Assembly: GCA_963663165.1 (NCBI GenBank)
Contig: OY760175.1
Coordinates: 6,496,001-6,560,000 of the forward strand
Source of the DNA: an uncultured Desulfospira sp.
Lineage (GTDB): Bacteria > Desulfobacterota > Desulfobacteria > Desulfobacterales > Desulfobacteraceae
Reading direction: 5' to 3'
Length of the DNA stretch: 64,000 bases
Shown here: piece by piece, positions 10,433 to 19,399 of the stretch
Layout: each line of letters opens with the position of its first letter
Numbering within the stretch: position 1 is the first letter of the stretch
The notes under the pieces: generated by a model
Database searches by the model: none
Told to the model about the DNA's origin: nothing
The model's input: the letters and a program-made list of their open reading frames with translations, nothing else
Program-made: the position numbers and the translations under genes

Positions 10433-11562
10433 AAGGCGGGTTTAAATTTTTGTTCGTTTCCGCTGTTTTGCTGGCCTGGGCAGCTGGGGTTCCGGCCTCT
10501 GCCCAGGTTTTAAAATTAAGCTATGATCAGGGGGCTGTGAGCCTGCAGCCGGGACGGGCATCTGTCGCATCCATTCTGGAAAGCCTGGCAGACTTGGCCA
10601 AGGTAGAGATTTATATCACAGAACCATTTAAAGACTATTCAAATGATTTAGAATTTAAGCGGATTCCCCTTGAATCGGCCCTGGAAAAATTACTCAAAGA
10701 TTATAATTATGCCGTGATTTACAATCAGAGTACGGCTGAACCGTTCAGATGCTTTGCCTATACGGATGCTGATGCTTTCAGCCCGGTTGGCCGGGGCCGG
10801 ACAGGCAGCGGCACCCCGGGAAAAAAACAATGGAAATCCCCTGGGGAAACCGGCAGGGACCGTCATGCTATTGGCTTTTTTCCGGGGCAGGACGGCCAGA
10901 AATCAGGGAAGAGCGGCCAAAGATTTGGTTCAAAAAGTTCTTCGGATATAAGGTCAAAGGCGGGCGCCGCCGGGGCGTTCAATCCATCGGAAAATGCTGT
11001 GGCCCATAATGATGATGCATCCTTGGAAAACAGTGAATCAGATGATTCAGCCTATGATACCGACAGCAGCTTGGGTTCCGCTGAAAGCGGATCAACCGGT
11101 TCTATTTCCAGTGGAATTTCTCAAAGCAGTACCGGTTCACAGGACAGCAGCACCACGGCCCAAACCGTCGAGGACGCTTCAACTCAGACCGCCTATATCA
11201 ATTCATCAGATGAATCCGACGGCACTTCAGATACCGGTATCGATGAATCTGACCCATCGGATACTGATGATTCGGGCAGCTCAGGTTCCGATGATTCAGG
11301 TTCAGAAAGCAGCTTCGCTGAAGACGTTGATCTGGCAGATGGAACGGAAAATCAGACCCAGACGGCGGAAACAGACGCCACGGCATCACAGATCGCAAAA
11401 CTTGAATATCAGGTTGAGAAGCTGGAAGAGGATATCTCAAGCGGAAGGGCAGAGAAGTTCTGGAATTTATGGACTTCAAAGAAAGAAGCAAAGTATGTCT
11501 ACAGCCATGTGGATGACCTGGCCGCCAAAAAAGCAAAACTGGCTGAATTGAAAGGTGAATAA
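10429..11562 (+). CDS. Exported protein: STN/secretin-N0-like domain, long Ser/Asp-rich linker, C-terminal coiled coil
   Basis: Signal peptide (AWAAGVPASA), ASVASILESLADLAKVEIYI...IPLESALEKLLKDYNYAVIY resembling STN/N0 domains, and a low-complexity SDDSGS region. Overlaps the upstream stop. Confidence 0.6.
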   Translation: MKGGFKFLFVSAVLLAWAAGVPASAQVLKLSYDQGAVSLQPGRASVASILESLADLAKVEIYITEPFKDYSNDLEFKRIPLESALEKLLKDYNYAVIYNQSTAEPFRCFAYTDADAFSPVGRGRTGSGTPGKKQWKSPGETGRDRHAIGFFPGQDGQKSGKSGQRFGSKSSSDIRSKAGAAGAFNPSENAVAHNDDASLENSESDDSAYDTDSSLGSAESGSTGSISSGISQSSTGSQDSSTTAQTVEDASTQTAYINSSDESDGTSDTGIDESDPSDTDDSGSSGSDDSGSESSFAEDVDLADGTENQTQTAETDATASQIAKLEYQVEKLEEDISSGRAEKFWNLWTSKKEAKYVYSHVDDLAAKKAKLAELKGE

Positions 11563-11607
11563 AATTAATCCCTTCAGCCGGAGTACCAGCAGTCTTTTAA
11601 AAACCTA

Positions 11608-12141
11608 ATGAAAGGAAACCGCAGTATGTACAAACAAACAGCATGTCTGGCCATCGGCGTTATTTTTATTTTACTTTCTGCCTGTACCGGAATGGCCGGC
11701 AGCAAGGTCGGGTATATTGACCTTAAGCGTCTGGTCCAGGAGTCCACCCTGGGCAAAGCGGCCATGGCCGATATTGACCGGTTAAGGCAAGAAAAGCAAA
11801 AGCCCATTGCCGAGTTGCTTAAAACGATCAATAACATTAAAATTGACCTTCAGGCCAATGAAGAGTTGTTCAAAAATGAGGAAAAAAGAGAAAAGGTCGA
11901 TGAACTCAATGACCTGACCAAAGAATATAAGAGAATGGTCGCCGATGCCAAAGAAGAGATCCAGAAACAGGACCGGGACCTGGTGGCCCAGATCCTGAAA
12001 AAGGCGGACAGCATCGTTAAAGCCGTGGCTCAGAAAAATAAATACACCATCATTCTCAAAGATCCCCAGGCCATCGGGTATCTTGATCCTTCCGTGGATA
12101 TTACAGACGAAGTCCTGGCAGAACTTAATAAGACAAATTAA
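11608..12141 (+). CDS. skp: OmpH/Skp periplasmic chaperone
   Basis: Signal peptide, KVGYIDLKRLVQES..GKAA, helical body, and C-terminal VDITDEVLAELN. Confidence 0.85.
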   Translation: MKGNRSMYKQTACLAIGVIFILLSACTGMAGSKVGYIDLKRLVQESTLGKAAMADIDRLRQEKQKPIAELLKTINNIKIDLQANEELFKNEEKREKVDELNDLTKEYKRMVADAKEEIQKQDRDLVAQILKKADSIVKAVAQKNKYTIILKDPQAIGYLDPSVDITDEVLAELNKTN

Positions 12142-12725
12142 TTGTTGATGAAGCCCCGGTCCAGATGCGTGTCCACATACCGGGCCAGGATTTCGGCTGT
12201 CTGGGGCGGGGGGTTGACTGTCAGGTAGTGGTCTATGATGGAGTGGGCCAGTTCGTGGGCCAGCATGCCCTGGTGAAGGTCCTGGACGTTGAGGTAGATG
12301 GCGTTGGTCTTGAACCGGTACCAGGCCCTGAGCCGGCATTCTCCGGAATAGATGCTCTCATATGCTTTCTTTAAGGCCTTTTTATCCGGGTAAACAAAGA
12401 CGGTGACCGGATCATCGAACAGTTTTCTCATGTCCAGAATTTCCTGGGCCCGGGTGAAAATGGCGTCTACTTTTTGAGTGACCATATCCTCAATCTGCTC
12501 ATGGGTCAGGTCTTCGAGTTCCAGGGACCGGTTCAGGTCCAGGGGGCCGAATTCTACGGCCGTGTGAAACCGGGCCAGATCCCGGGCAGATTTGTATTTT
12601 ATAATGGTGTGCTGGGTTTTGAGAATTCGCCAGGAAATAATGTGGATTTCGTCCGCTCCGGCAGATAATGGGCAAACCATTAAGATAAGCAGCGCAAGGT
12701 GTATGGCCAAAAAAGGAGTTTTCAA
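12138..12725 (-). CDS. Exported protein with HExxH zincin-like motif
   Basis: Signal peptide (CPLSAGA) and GMLAHELAHSII motif followed by a downstream Glu (AEILA). Confidence 0.65.
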   Translation of the reverse strand: MKTPFLAIHLALLILMVCPLSAGADEIHIISWRILKTQHTIIKYKSARDLARFHTAVEFGPLDLNRSLELEDLTHEQIEDMVTQKVDAIFTRAQEILDMRKLFDDPVTVFVYPDKKALKKAYESIYSGECRLRAWYRFKTNAIYLNVQDLHQGMLAHELAHSIIDHYLTVNPPPQTAEILARYVDTHLDRGFINN

Positions 12726-12750
12726 AGAAAGCCCTGCAGGGTTCTTAGGA

Positions 12751-13323
12751 TTAGTTATTCAATTTAAACTGGTTCCTTATGTCGGATTTGAGAGCGGCGA
12801 TTTCCTCGCCCATACGCCCGTTGTCCATTCCTTCTATCTGTGAAAGCCTGGCATCAATGTGAGAGATTTTTTCATGCATGGAAGACGTCATCTGGTTTAA
12901 TGCCGTTGATATGTCGGACAACTGGTCTTTTTTGCGCAGGTTGACCTTTACCCTGAGATCCCCCTGGGCCACTTCCTTTATCCCTTTCTCAAAATGGAAA
13001 AGCGGGCCCGCTATTTTGTGGGAAATAAAGAGCATGACGGCCATGGAAAACAGGCAAATCAGGCCGAGGGTGACCAGGTTGGTGACCAGGACAGCCGGAA
13101 GGATGGCCTGACCCGTGCTTTTAATCTCAAGCCTTGAATGGGCGTAACAGGAGGTCAGGCTGTCCTGGGACAGTGAGAACAGCAGGATGGTTGATATCAG
13201 AATCCCTGCCAGGACAATGAGGCTGAATTTCAGGATAACACCGGCCTGAAATCTTTTTTTAATGAAATATTGGTTTCTTTTGCACGGTTCTTCCTGACAG
13301 GTTGCCGTCCGGGTTTGGTTCAT
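12751..13323 (-). CDS. Two-TM membrane protein with HAMP domain and no output domain
   Basis: RNQYFIKKRFQ N-terminus, two TM helices, and HAMP (SHKIAGPLFHFEKGIKEVAQGDLRVKVNLRKKDQL); ends shortly after the HAMP. Confidence 0.75.
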   Translation of the reverse strand: MNQTRTATCQEEPCKRNQYFIKKRFQAGVILKFSLIVLAGILISTILLFSLSQDSLTSCYAHSRLEIKSTGQAILPAVLVTNLVTLGLICLFSMAVMLFISHKIAGPLFHFEKGIKEVAQGDLRVKVNLRKKDQLSDISTALNQMTSSMHEKISHIDARLSQIEGMDNGRMGEEIAALKSDIRNQFKLNN

Positions 13324-13364
13324 GATTCTATCCTTTTTAAAAAGCTAACAGCTAAAACCAACAG

Positions 13365-13958
13365 CTATAAAAGTTCGTCGTATACTTTGATGTCGGCTTT
13401 ATTCTTTAAGCTGTCCACCCATTGATCGATAAGGGCGGCCTGTTTTTCCTGTTTAAGTTTTTGAGCAATTTTTTGTTCTACCTGCTCTATAGGCGGCAGG
13501 TCCTTTTTCTGGGTTTTCAGTTGATCATACCGGGTTTTTATTTCCTGGTCCGTGACAAAGGTTTTGGTTTGAATTTCTTTCATCTGGGCTTCCATGAGGT
13601 TTTTGATCAGGGTGGCTTCCCAGTATTTTTCAATGGTCCGGATAAAGGATTGTTCCTTGTCCATTTTCCGGCTGACCGCCTCCTGGATCAACAGTTCCTG
13701 CCGGATCATCCGGTCAAGAAATTCTTTTCTTGCCTTGGCCGTGGCCTTGTAGGTTGAATCGTACTCCAGCTCCCGGACAAATCCGGCTTCGTATTCATCC
13801 AGTGTCAGTTCGTAGCCGTTGATTCTGGCAATAACCTGTTGGTCCGGATTTGAAGGCGTTGTTGAGCAGGCCGGCAAATAAAAGGCCAGGAAAATTGCCC
13901 CGCCCAGAATTCCGGCGGCAAAGGCCCTTTGGGACCGGGTGCTGCTGTGAAAAAACAT
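13365..13958 (-). CDS. SurA N-terminal-domain (chaperone-like) lipoprotein
   Basis: Lipobox-like LPAC, VIARINGYELT, FLDRMIRQELLIQEA, and C-terminal WVDSLKNKADIKVY; no parvulin domain. Start placed at ATG 13958. Confidence 0.75.
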   Translation of the reverse strand: MFFHSSTRSQRAFAAGILGGAIFLAFYLPACSTTPSNPDQQVIARINGYELTLDEYEAGFVRELEYDSTYKATAKARKEFLDRMIRQELLIQEAVSRKMDKEQSFIRTIEKYWEATLIKNLMEAQMKEIQTKTFVTDQEIKTRYDQLKTQKKDLPPIEQVEQKIAQKLKQEKQAALIDQWVDSLKNKADIKVYDELL

Positions 13959-14344
13959 GGTACGATTTCCTTGCTGCCAAAGGTCATTTTTACAGACTTT
14001 GAATTTAATATAGAACCCTGGCAACGGTCAAATTAGGAAATGGTTAGGATATATCGCCTTCCCCTGAAAACCCAATCGCCATGGGGCCTGAAAACCTTCA
14101 CCACGGAGGAATTCGGCTTGACATGGTCAGGTGATACCGATATATTAAAATCAAATTTAATTTTCTCCAGCAATCGGTTTCGTCTATCTTTAATATTCTA
14201 TCTCATCTGGTTTTTGACAGCTGTTTCAAAGAATACATAATTCGAATCTGTTTTTTCGCGGTGACAGGCCCCGGACTCCCGGACCTGTCAGTCCCCGGCC
14301 GATAAAACGGCATGAATAACGGCCATACCCTAAAGGGCAGAAAC

Positions 14345-14518
14345 CGGGCCGCCTTGGTTATCCAACCAAGAACTGGCCGCAACAAATATTGAAAGAACTC
14401 AAAAGGTTGCTGAGTCTTTCATATAACGGCCACGGGCCGCCTTGGTTATCCAACCAAGAACCGCCCACAACGAATAATGAAAGTCTTATCAGGATGTTAG
14501 TGAGACTTTCATATAAAA
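14345..14518 (+). repeat. Two tandem copies of a roughly 85-95 bp structured repeat element
   Basis: cgggccgccttggttatccaaccaagaac...tgaaag...ctttcatataa occurs twice. The segment 14424-14518 recurs inverted at 40296-40390 with one mismatch. Confidence 0.9.
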
Positions 14519-14577
14519 GCCTTAGAATGGATCATCGTATAAACCTTAACCCAAATTCGCGGCAAGGAGGAAGGCAA

Positions 14578-16713
14578 ATGCATTTCAGGAATTTGAAAAT
14601 CAAAGTTAAAATCATCATGATTGTGGTGCTGGCTATTTTTATTTCAGTCGGAATTGTGGGCGGGTACTCGCTTTATAACACCACTGCCAGGGCCAAAGAT
14701 GATATCGCCTCGCATAAAAGCGAATTGATAACCGAAACCAGGCAGAAACTCAAAGACCTTGTGGATGCCGCATATACCATTGTCAACAAAGTATACAACC
14801 AGACCGCAACCATTGACGCCATTAAAAAAGAGTATGGAAAAGAGCTTCAATCCCTTGTGGATATTCCCTATACGATAATGGATAAAGAGTATAAAAAGAT
14901 CGGACAGGAATTTCCAGGATTCGGACAATCGCTTCAAATAACCCCCCAGGATGCACAAAATACGGTGAAGGACGTTCTTGGCGGGATCCGGTATGCCGGC
15001 AACAATTATTTCTGGATCAATGACATGGAGACCCGGATGGTGATGCACCCGGTGGCGTCTTCGCTTAACGGAAAGATTATGGACAAATTTTCAAAGAACG
15101 GTAAACTGGTAACGGCCGAAGGCACTGACCGGTCCATGTTTATTGAAATGGTCCGGGTCTGCCAGAATTCAGGGGCAGGGTATATCAGCTATTTGTGGCC
15201 GTCTCCCGATGATGAGTCAAAGTGGGTCAGAAAACTGTCCTATGTCAAACTTTTCAAACCCTGGGACTGGATCGTGGGCACCGGCATCTATGTGGATCAG
15301 GCTGAAGCCGAAGCACAGCACACGGCCATTGATATTCTCACCGACATGAAATACGGCCATAATGATTATTTTTTCATATTGGACAGCAAGGGCACCGTGG
15401 TCGCCCATCCGGATAAAGACCTGATAGGACAAAGCATGCTGGATCAAAAGGATTCATCCGGAAACTATGTTTATAAGAAAATTGTTGAAACGGCCAAAAG
15501 CGAGGGGGCCGGGCAGATTGAATACATATGTTCCAAAGCCGGCGTGGACGCTTCAACACCAAGGATGTCTTCTTTCCGCATGTTCAAGGCCTGGGACTGG
15601 ATCATTGTCACCGGGATCTGCCTGGAAGATTTGTATTTAAAAATTGGGGAAAAGGAAAAAAAGGTCCGCGCCGCTGTCCGGAATCAGGCCCTTTTTATGA
15701 TCATTACCAGTGTGATATTCATCATCGGCAGCCTTTTGTGGGTGATGTTCATGAGCCGCAGGTTTATTGAACTGCCTCTGGCCATCGGCGTGAAAGCGGC
15801 CAATCAGCTGGCAAAAGGGAATCTTGATGTGGATATTGAGGTGTGTGGCGAGGATGAAATCGGGCAGCTTCAGAGCGCTATGAAGGATATGGTGGCATCG
15901 TTGGTTGACATTGTCGGTGAGGTTCAGAGTGCCGTGGGCAATGTGGCCTCCGGCAGCGAAGAGTTAAGCTCAACTGCGGAAACCATGTCCCAGGGTGCCA
16001 CACAACAGGCGTCTGCGGCTGAACAGGCCTCTTCTGCCATGGAGGAAATGTCCGGCAATATTAAACAGAATGCGGACAATGCAAGGACAACGGAACGGTT
16101 GGCGGTTCAGGCAGCGGATGATGCCCAGAACGGAGGGGAAGCCGTCAGCAAGACCGTGGAGGCCATGAAAGAAATTGCTGAAAAAATTCTGATTGTCGAA
16201 GAGATTGCCCGGCAGACCAACATGCTGGCACTGAACGCGGCCATTGAGGCGGCCCGGGCCGGCGAACACGGCAAGGGATTCGCCGTTGTGGCGGATGCGG
16301 TCCGGAAACTGGCCGAAAGAAGCCAGGCCGCTGCCGGTGAAATCAGCAACCTGTCCAGCACCAGCGTGGAAATTGCCGAAACCGCTGGCGGGATGCTGGA
16401 TAAAATTGTTCCGGACATCCGTAAAACTTCGGACCTGGTCCAGGAGATCAATGCGGCATCTGCAGAGCAGAGTATCGGGGCCGAACAGATCAATACCTCC
16501 CTTCAGCAGCTGGACCAGGTCATTCAGCAGAACGCCAGCCTGGCCGAAGAAATGTCTTCCACGGCTGAAGAATTGTCTGCCCAGGCCGAACAGCTTCAGC
16601 AGTCCATTGCCTTTTTCAGGATTGGGAGCGCGGGGTATGCTGCCAGACAAACGGGGGCTCAGGAATCTGGTGCCGGCCCGGAAGATGATTCCGGGTTCGA
16701 TGATCAGGATTAG
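14578..16713 (+). CDS. Methyl-accepting chemotaxis protein with double Cache_2-type sensor
   Basis: AGGAGG RBS before ATG 14578; two [12 protein letters not shown]...HP...WDWI Cache modules, HAMP, and signalling hairpin [27 protein letters not shown]. Confidence 0.95.
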   Translation: MHFRNLKIKVKIIMIVVLAIFISVGIVGGYSLYNTTARAKDDIASHKSELITETRQKLKDLVDAAYTIVNKVYNQTATIDAIKKEYGKELQSLVDIPYTIMDKEYKKIGQEFPGFGQSLQITPQDAQNTVKDVLGGIRYAGNNYFWINDMETRMVMHPVASSLNGKIMDKFSKNGKLVTAEGTDRSMFIEMVRVCQNSGAGYISYLWPSPDDESKWVRKLSYVKLFKPWDWIVGTGIYVDQAEAEAQHTAIDILTDMKYGHNDYFFILDSKGTVVAHPDKDLIGQSMLDQKDSSGNYVYKKIVETAKSEGAGQIEYICSKAGVDASTPRMSSFRMFKAWDWIIVTGICLEDLYLKIGEKEKKVRAAVRNQALFMIITSVIFIIGSLLWVMFMSRRFIELPLAIGVKAANQLAKGNLDVDIEVCGEDEIGQLQSAMKDMVASLVDIVGEVQSAVGNVASGSEELSSTAETMSQGATQQASAAEQASSAMEEMSGNIKQNADNARTTERLAVQAADDAQNGGEAVSKTVEAMKEIAEKILIVEEIARQTNMLALNAAIEAARAGEHGKGFAVVADAVRKLAERSQAAAGEISNLSSTSVEIAETAGGMLDKIVPDIRKTSDLVQEINAASAEQSIGAEQINTSLQQLDQVIQQNASLAEEMSSTAEELSAQAEQLQQSIAFFRIGSAGYAARQTGAQESGAGPEDDSGFDDQD

Positions 16714-16930
16714 ATTTGATTTTAGACCTTAGACGTTAGATCTTCGACCTTAGACTTGACTAAATCGGCCCGAGGGCCTGTCTCAAGTCTAAGGTTTTTT
16801 TTAGGGTAAGTCCGCTTCATGTCAGGCAAAAATTTTGCCGCTACTTGCCAATGCCGGGAAAAAGCGTTATAGAATCCAATTTTAACTGACCCAAATTTTA
16901 ACTCACCAGCGGGCTGAAAAGAGACGTGCC

Positions 16931-18244
16931 ATGAATCAAAAAACAGCTTTTGGACAGGAAAATTCGGCAGAAATTGGGAAAACAGCGGCAGGGGCCATGT
17001 CCGTATTGGAGACACAGGCCAAAGATCAGGCCCTTAAAAAAATTATCCAGGCCCTGGAAGAAAACAAGGAAAAGATCTTTGAGGCCAACCGGGCCGACAT
17101 GGACCGCTCTGCCAGGGAAGGACTTGATGCAGCCCTGCTCAAACGGCTTAAGTTTGATGAAGGCAAACTGGTTGAATCTGTGGCGGGGCTTGACAGCCTG
17201 ATCCGGCTGGCCGATCCTGTGGGAAAAACCCTGTCTGCCCTGGAACTGGATACCGGGCTGGAATTGTTTAAGGTCAGCCGCCCGTTAGGCCTGATCGGGG
17301 TTATTTTTGAGTCCAGGCCCGATGCCCTGGTCCAGATCGCCTGTCTTTGCCTGAAAAGCGGGAATGCGGTGTTGTTAAAGGGCGGCAGTGAGGCTGCCCG
17401 GACCAACCGGGTCCTGGCCGATACCATCCATGATGCCGGGGTCGCCAGCGGACTTCCTGTGGGCTGGCTGGGCCTTCTGGAAACCCGGGATGATGTGGCC
17501 CAGATTCTCAAGCAGGACCAATATATCGATTTGATTATCCCCAGGGGGTCCAACGCCTTTGTCCGGTATATCATGGAAAATACCCTGATCCCGGTCTTGG
17601 GCCATGCCGACGGGATCTGCCACCTTTATATTGATCGGGATGCCGATCCGGTCATGGCCGTTGACCTGGCCGTAGACGGAAAGACCCAGTATGTGGCGGT
17701 CTGCAATGCCATAGAGACTATTTTGATCCATGAAAAGGCGGTGCCGGCTGTCCTTGGACCCATGGCCGCCGCTTTGAAAGAGCGGAACGTAAAAATTTTC
17801 GGATGCCCTGAAACCTGTGCCCTGATTGATGGGGCCCAACCGGCCACTGAAGACAGCTGGAAAACCGAATACCTGGATTATATGGTGTCGGTCCGGGTGG
17901 TTCCCTCCATGGACCAGGCCCTGGACCATATTAACCGTTACGGGTCCGGCCACACCGATGTCATTGTGTCCGCGGACAGGCACCGGGCCGTGGATTTCAT
18001 GAACCGGGCCGACACAGCCGATGCCTTCTGGAATTGTTCGAGCCGGTTTGCCGACGGGTTCAGGTTCGGTTTAGGCGCCGAGGTGGGCATCAGCACCAAC
18101 AAGATTCATGCCCGGGGGCCGGTGGGCCTTGAAGGCCTGATGACCAGCCAGTGGCGGCTCATGGGCAACGGCCATAAGGTGGCGGATTACTCCGGTCCGG
18201 CCGGCCGGTCCTTTACCCATATCCCTTTAGACAAGACGTTTTAG
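16931..18244 (+). CDS. proA: Gamma-glutamyl phosphate reductase
   Basis: PLGLIGVIFESRP, LKSGNAVLLKGGSEA, CNAIETILIH, SRFADGFRFGLGAEVGIST.KIHARGPVGLEGL. Confidence 0.97.
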   Translation: MNQKTAFGQENSAEIGKTAAGAMSVLETQAKDQALKKIIQALEENKEKIFEANRADMDRSAREGLDAALLKRLKFDEGKLVESVAGLDSLIRLADPVGKTLSALELDTGLELFKVSRPLGLIGVIFESRPDALVQIACLCLKSGNAVLLKGGSEAARTNRVLADTIHDAGVASGLPVGWLGLLETRDDVAQILKQDQYIDLIIPRGSNAFVRYIMENTLIPVLGHADGICHLYIDRDADPVMAVDLAVDGKTQYVAVCNAIETILIHEKAVPAVLGPMAAALKERNVKIFGCPETCALIDGAQPATEDSWKTEYLDYMVSVRVVPSMDQALDHINRYGSGHTDVIVSADRHRAVDFMNRADTADAFWNCSSRFADGFRFGLGAEVGISTNKIHARGPVGLEGLMTSQWRLMGNGHKVADYSGPAGRSFTHIPLDKTF

Positions 18245-18256
18245 ACAGGTTCTTCC

Positions 18257-19396
18257 ATGCCCCAGGAAAGATTGTTAAATGCCGGCCGCGTTGTGGTCAA
18301 GTTAGGTTCCAATGTGATCACGGCAAAAAACGGCCTCAACCTTGAGGTTATGGCATCCATTTCCCGTCAGATCTCCACCCTCATGGACAGGGGACTTGAG
18401 GTTATTCTGGTCTCTTCCGGGGCCATGGCCGCCGGTCTTCGCAAGATGGGCATGGCAAAACGGCCCGACGAGATCCCCAAACGCCAGGCCGTCTCCGCCA
18501 TCGGCCAGACCGAGGTCATGTATACCTACGAAAAGGAATTTGCCAGGTTCGGTAAAAAGGTATCCCAGATCCTGCTCACGGCGGAGGATCTAAATGACCG
18601 GGAACGGTATCTGAACGCCCGGAACGCCTTGCACACCCTGATGGAATGGAAAGTCGTTCCCATTATCAACGAAAACGATACCATCAAAGTTGAGGAAATC
18701 AAGCTCGGGGACAACGACAACCTGGCCGCCATGATTGCCCTGCTGCTGGATGCGGATTTTCTGTTTATCCTCACGGATATTGACGGGCTGTATGACAAGG
18801 ACCCGAGGGTTTATCCCACCACGGCCCACCTGATTCGCAGGGTCGCTGCCTTTGAAGAAGAAATCGAGGCCTATGCCGGTGCCATCCCCGGGACCCTGGG
18901 AACCGGGGGCATGCTGACCAAAATCCAGGCCGCCAAAAAGGTCACTTCCTCGGGCATCCCCATGATTGTGGCCAGGGGAACGGTTCCGGATATTCTGCTG
19001 CGCCTGTTTGACGGGGAACCTTTAGGGACCTATTTTCTGGCTGCCGGCAAAAAGCTGTCTTCCCGGAAATGCTGGATTGCCCATACCATTAAGCCCAAGG
19101 GAAGCCTTATTTTAGACTGGGGCGCGGTCCGGGCGATCAAAGAGAACGGCAAGAGCCTGTTGCCCAGCGGCATCCTGGACGTTACCGGCAACTTTTCTCA
19201 AGGGGAGGCCGTGTTTCTTAAAGATCCGGACAATAACGTGGTGGGCACCGGCCTGGTCAACTATCCGGTGGATGATGTCCGGCTGATCCGGGGCCTGAAA
19301 AGTTCCCAGATTGAGGCCTGCCTGGGCGCCAAGCACTATGACGAGGTGGTCCACCGGAACAATCTGGTGATTCGTGAAGCGCTTTTGGAAGGATGA
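18257..19396 (+). CDS. proB: Glutamate 5-kinase
   Basis: VVVKLGSNV, VPIINENDT, GDNDNLAA, GTGGMLTKIQAA, and C-terminal PUA domain. Confidence 0.97.
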   Translation: MPQERLLNAGRVVVKLGSNVITAKNGLNLEVMASISRQISTLMDRGLEVILVSSGAMAAGLRKMGMAKRPDEIPKRQAVSAIGQTEVMYTYEKEFARFGKKVSQILLTAEDLNDRERYLNARNALHTLMEWKVVPIINENDTIKVEEIKLGDNDNLAAMIALLLDADFLFILTDIDGLYDKDPRVYPTTAHLIRRVAAFEEEIEAYAGAIPGTLGTGGMLTKIQAAKKVTSSGIPMIVARGTVPDILLRLFDGEPLGTYFLAAGKKLSSRKCWIAHTIKPKGSLILDWGAVRAIKENGKSLLPSGILDVTGNFSQGEAVFLKDPDNNVVGTGLVNYPVDDVRLIRGLKSSQIEACLGAKHYDEVVHRNNLVIREALLEG

Positions 19397-19399
19397 GAG

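Noticed and set aside
14345..14518. Possible CRISPR mini-array (repeat, variable segment, repeat)
   Set aside because: Only two units, the variable part is itself a hairpin of about 20 nt, a near-identical copy including that part occurs elsewhere, and no cas genes are present.
14389..14577. N-terminal extension of the MCP in the ORF track
   Set aside because: It runs through the repeat element; the strong RBS and TM1 position support ATG 14578.
15970..16650. Long antisense and alternate-frame ORFs over well-supported genes (this one and many others in the track)
   Set aside because: These are shadow ORFs expected from codon bias, with no independent evidence.
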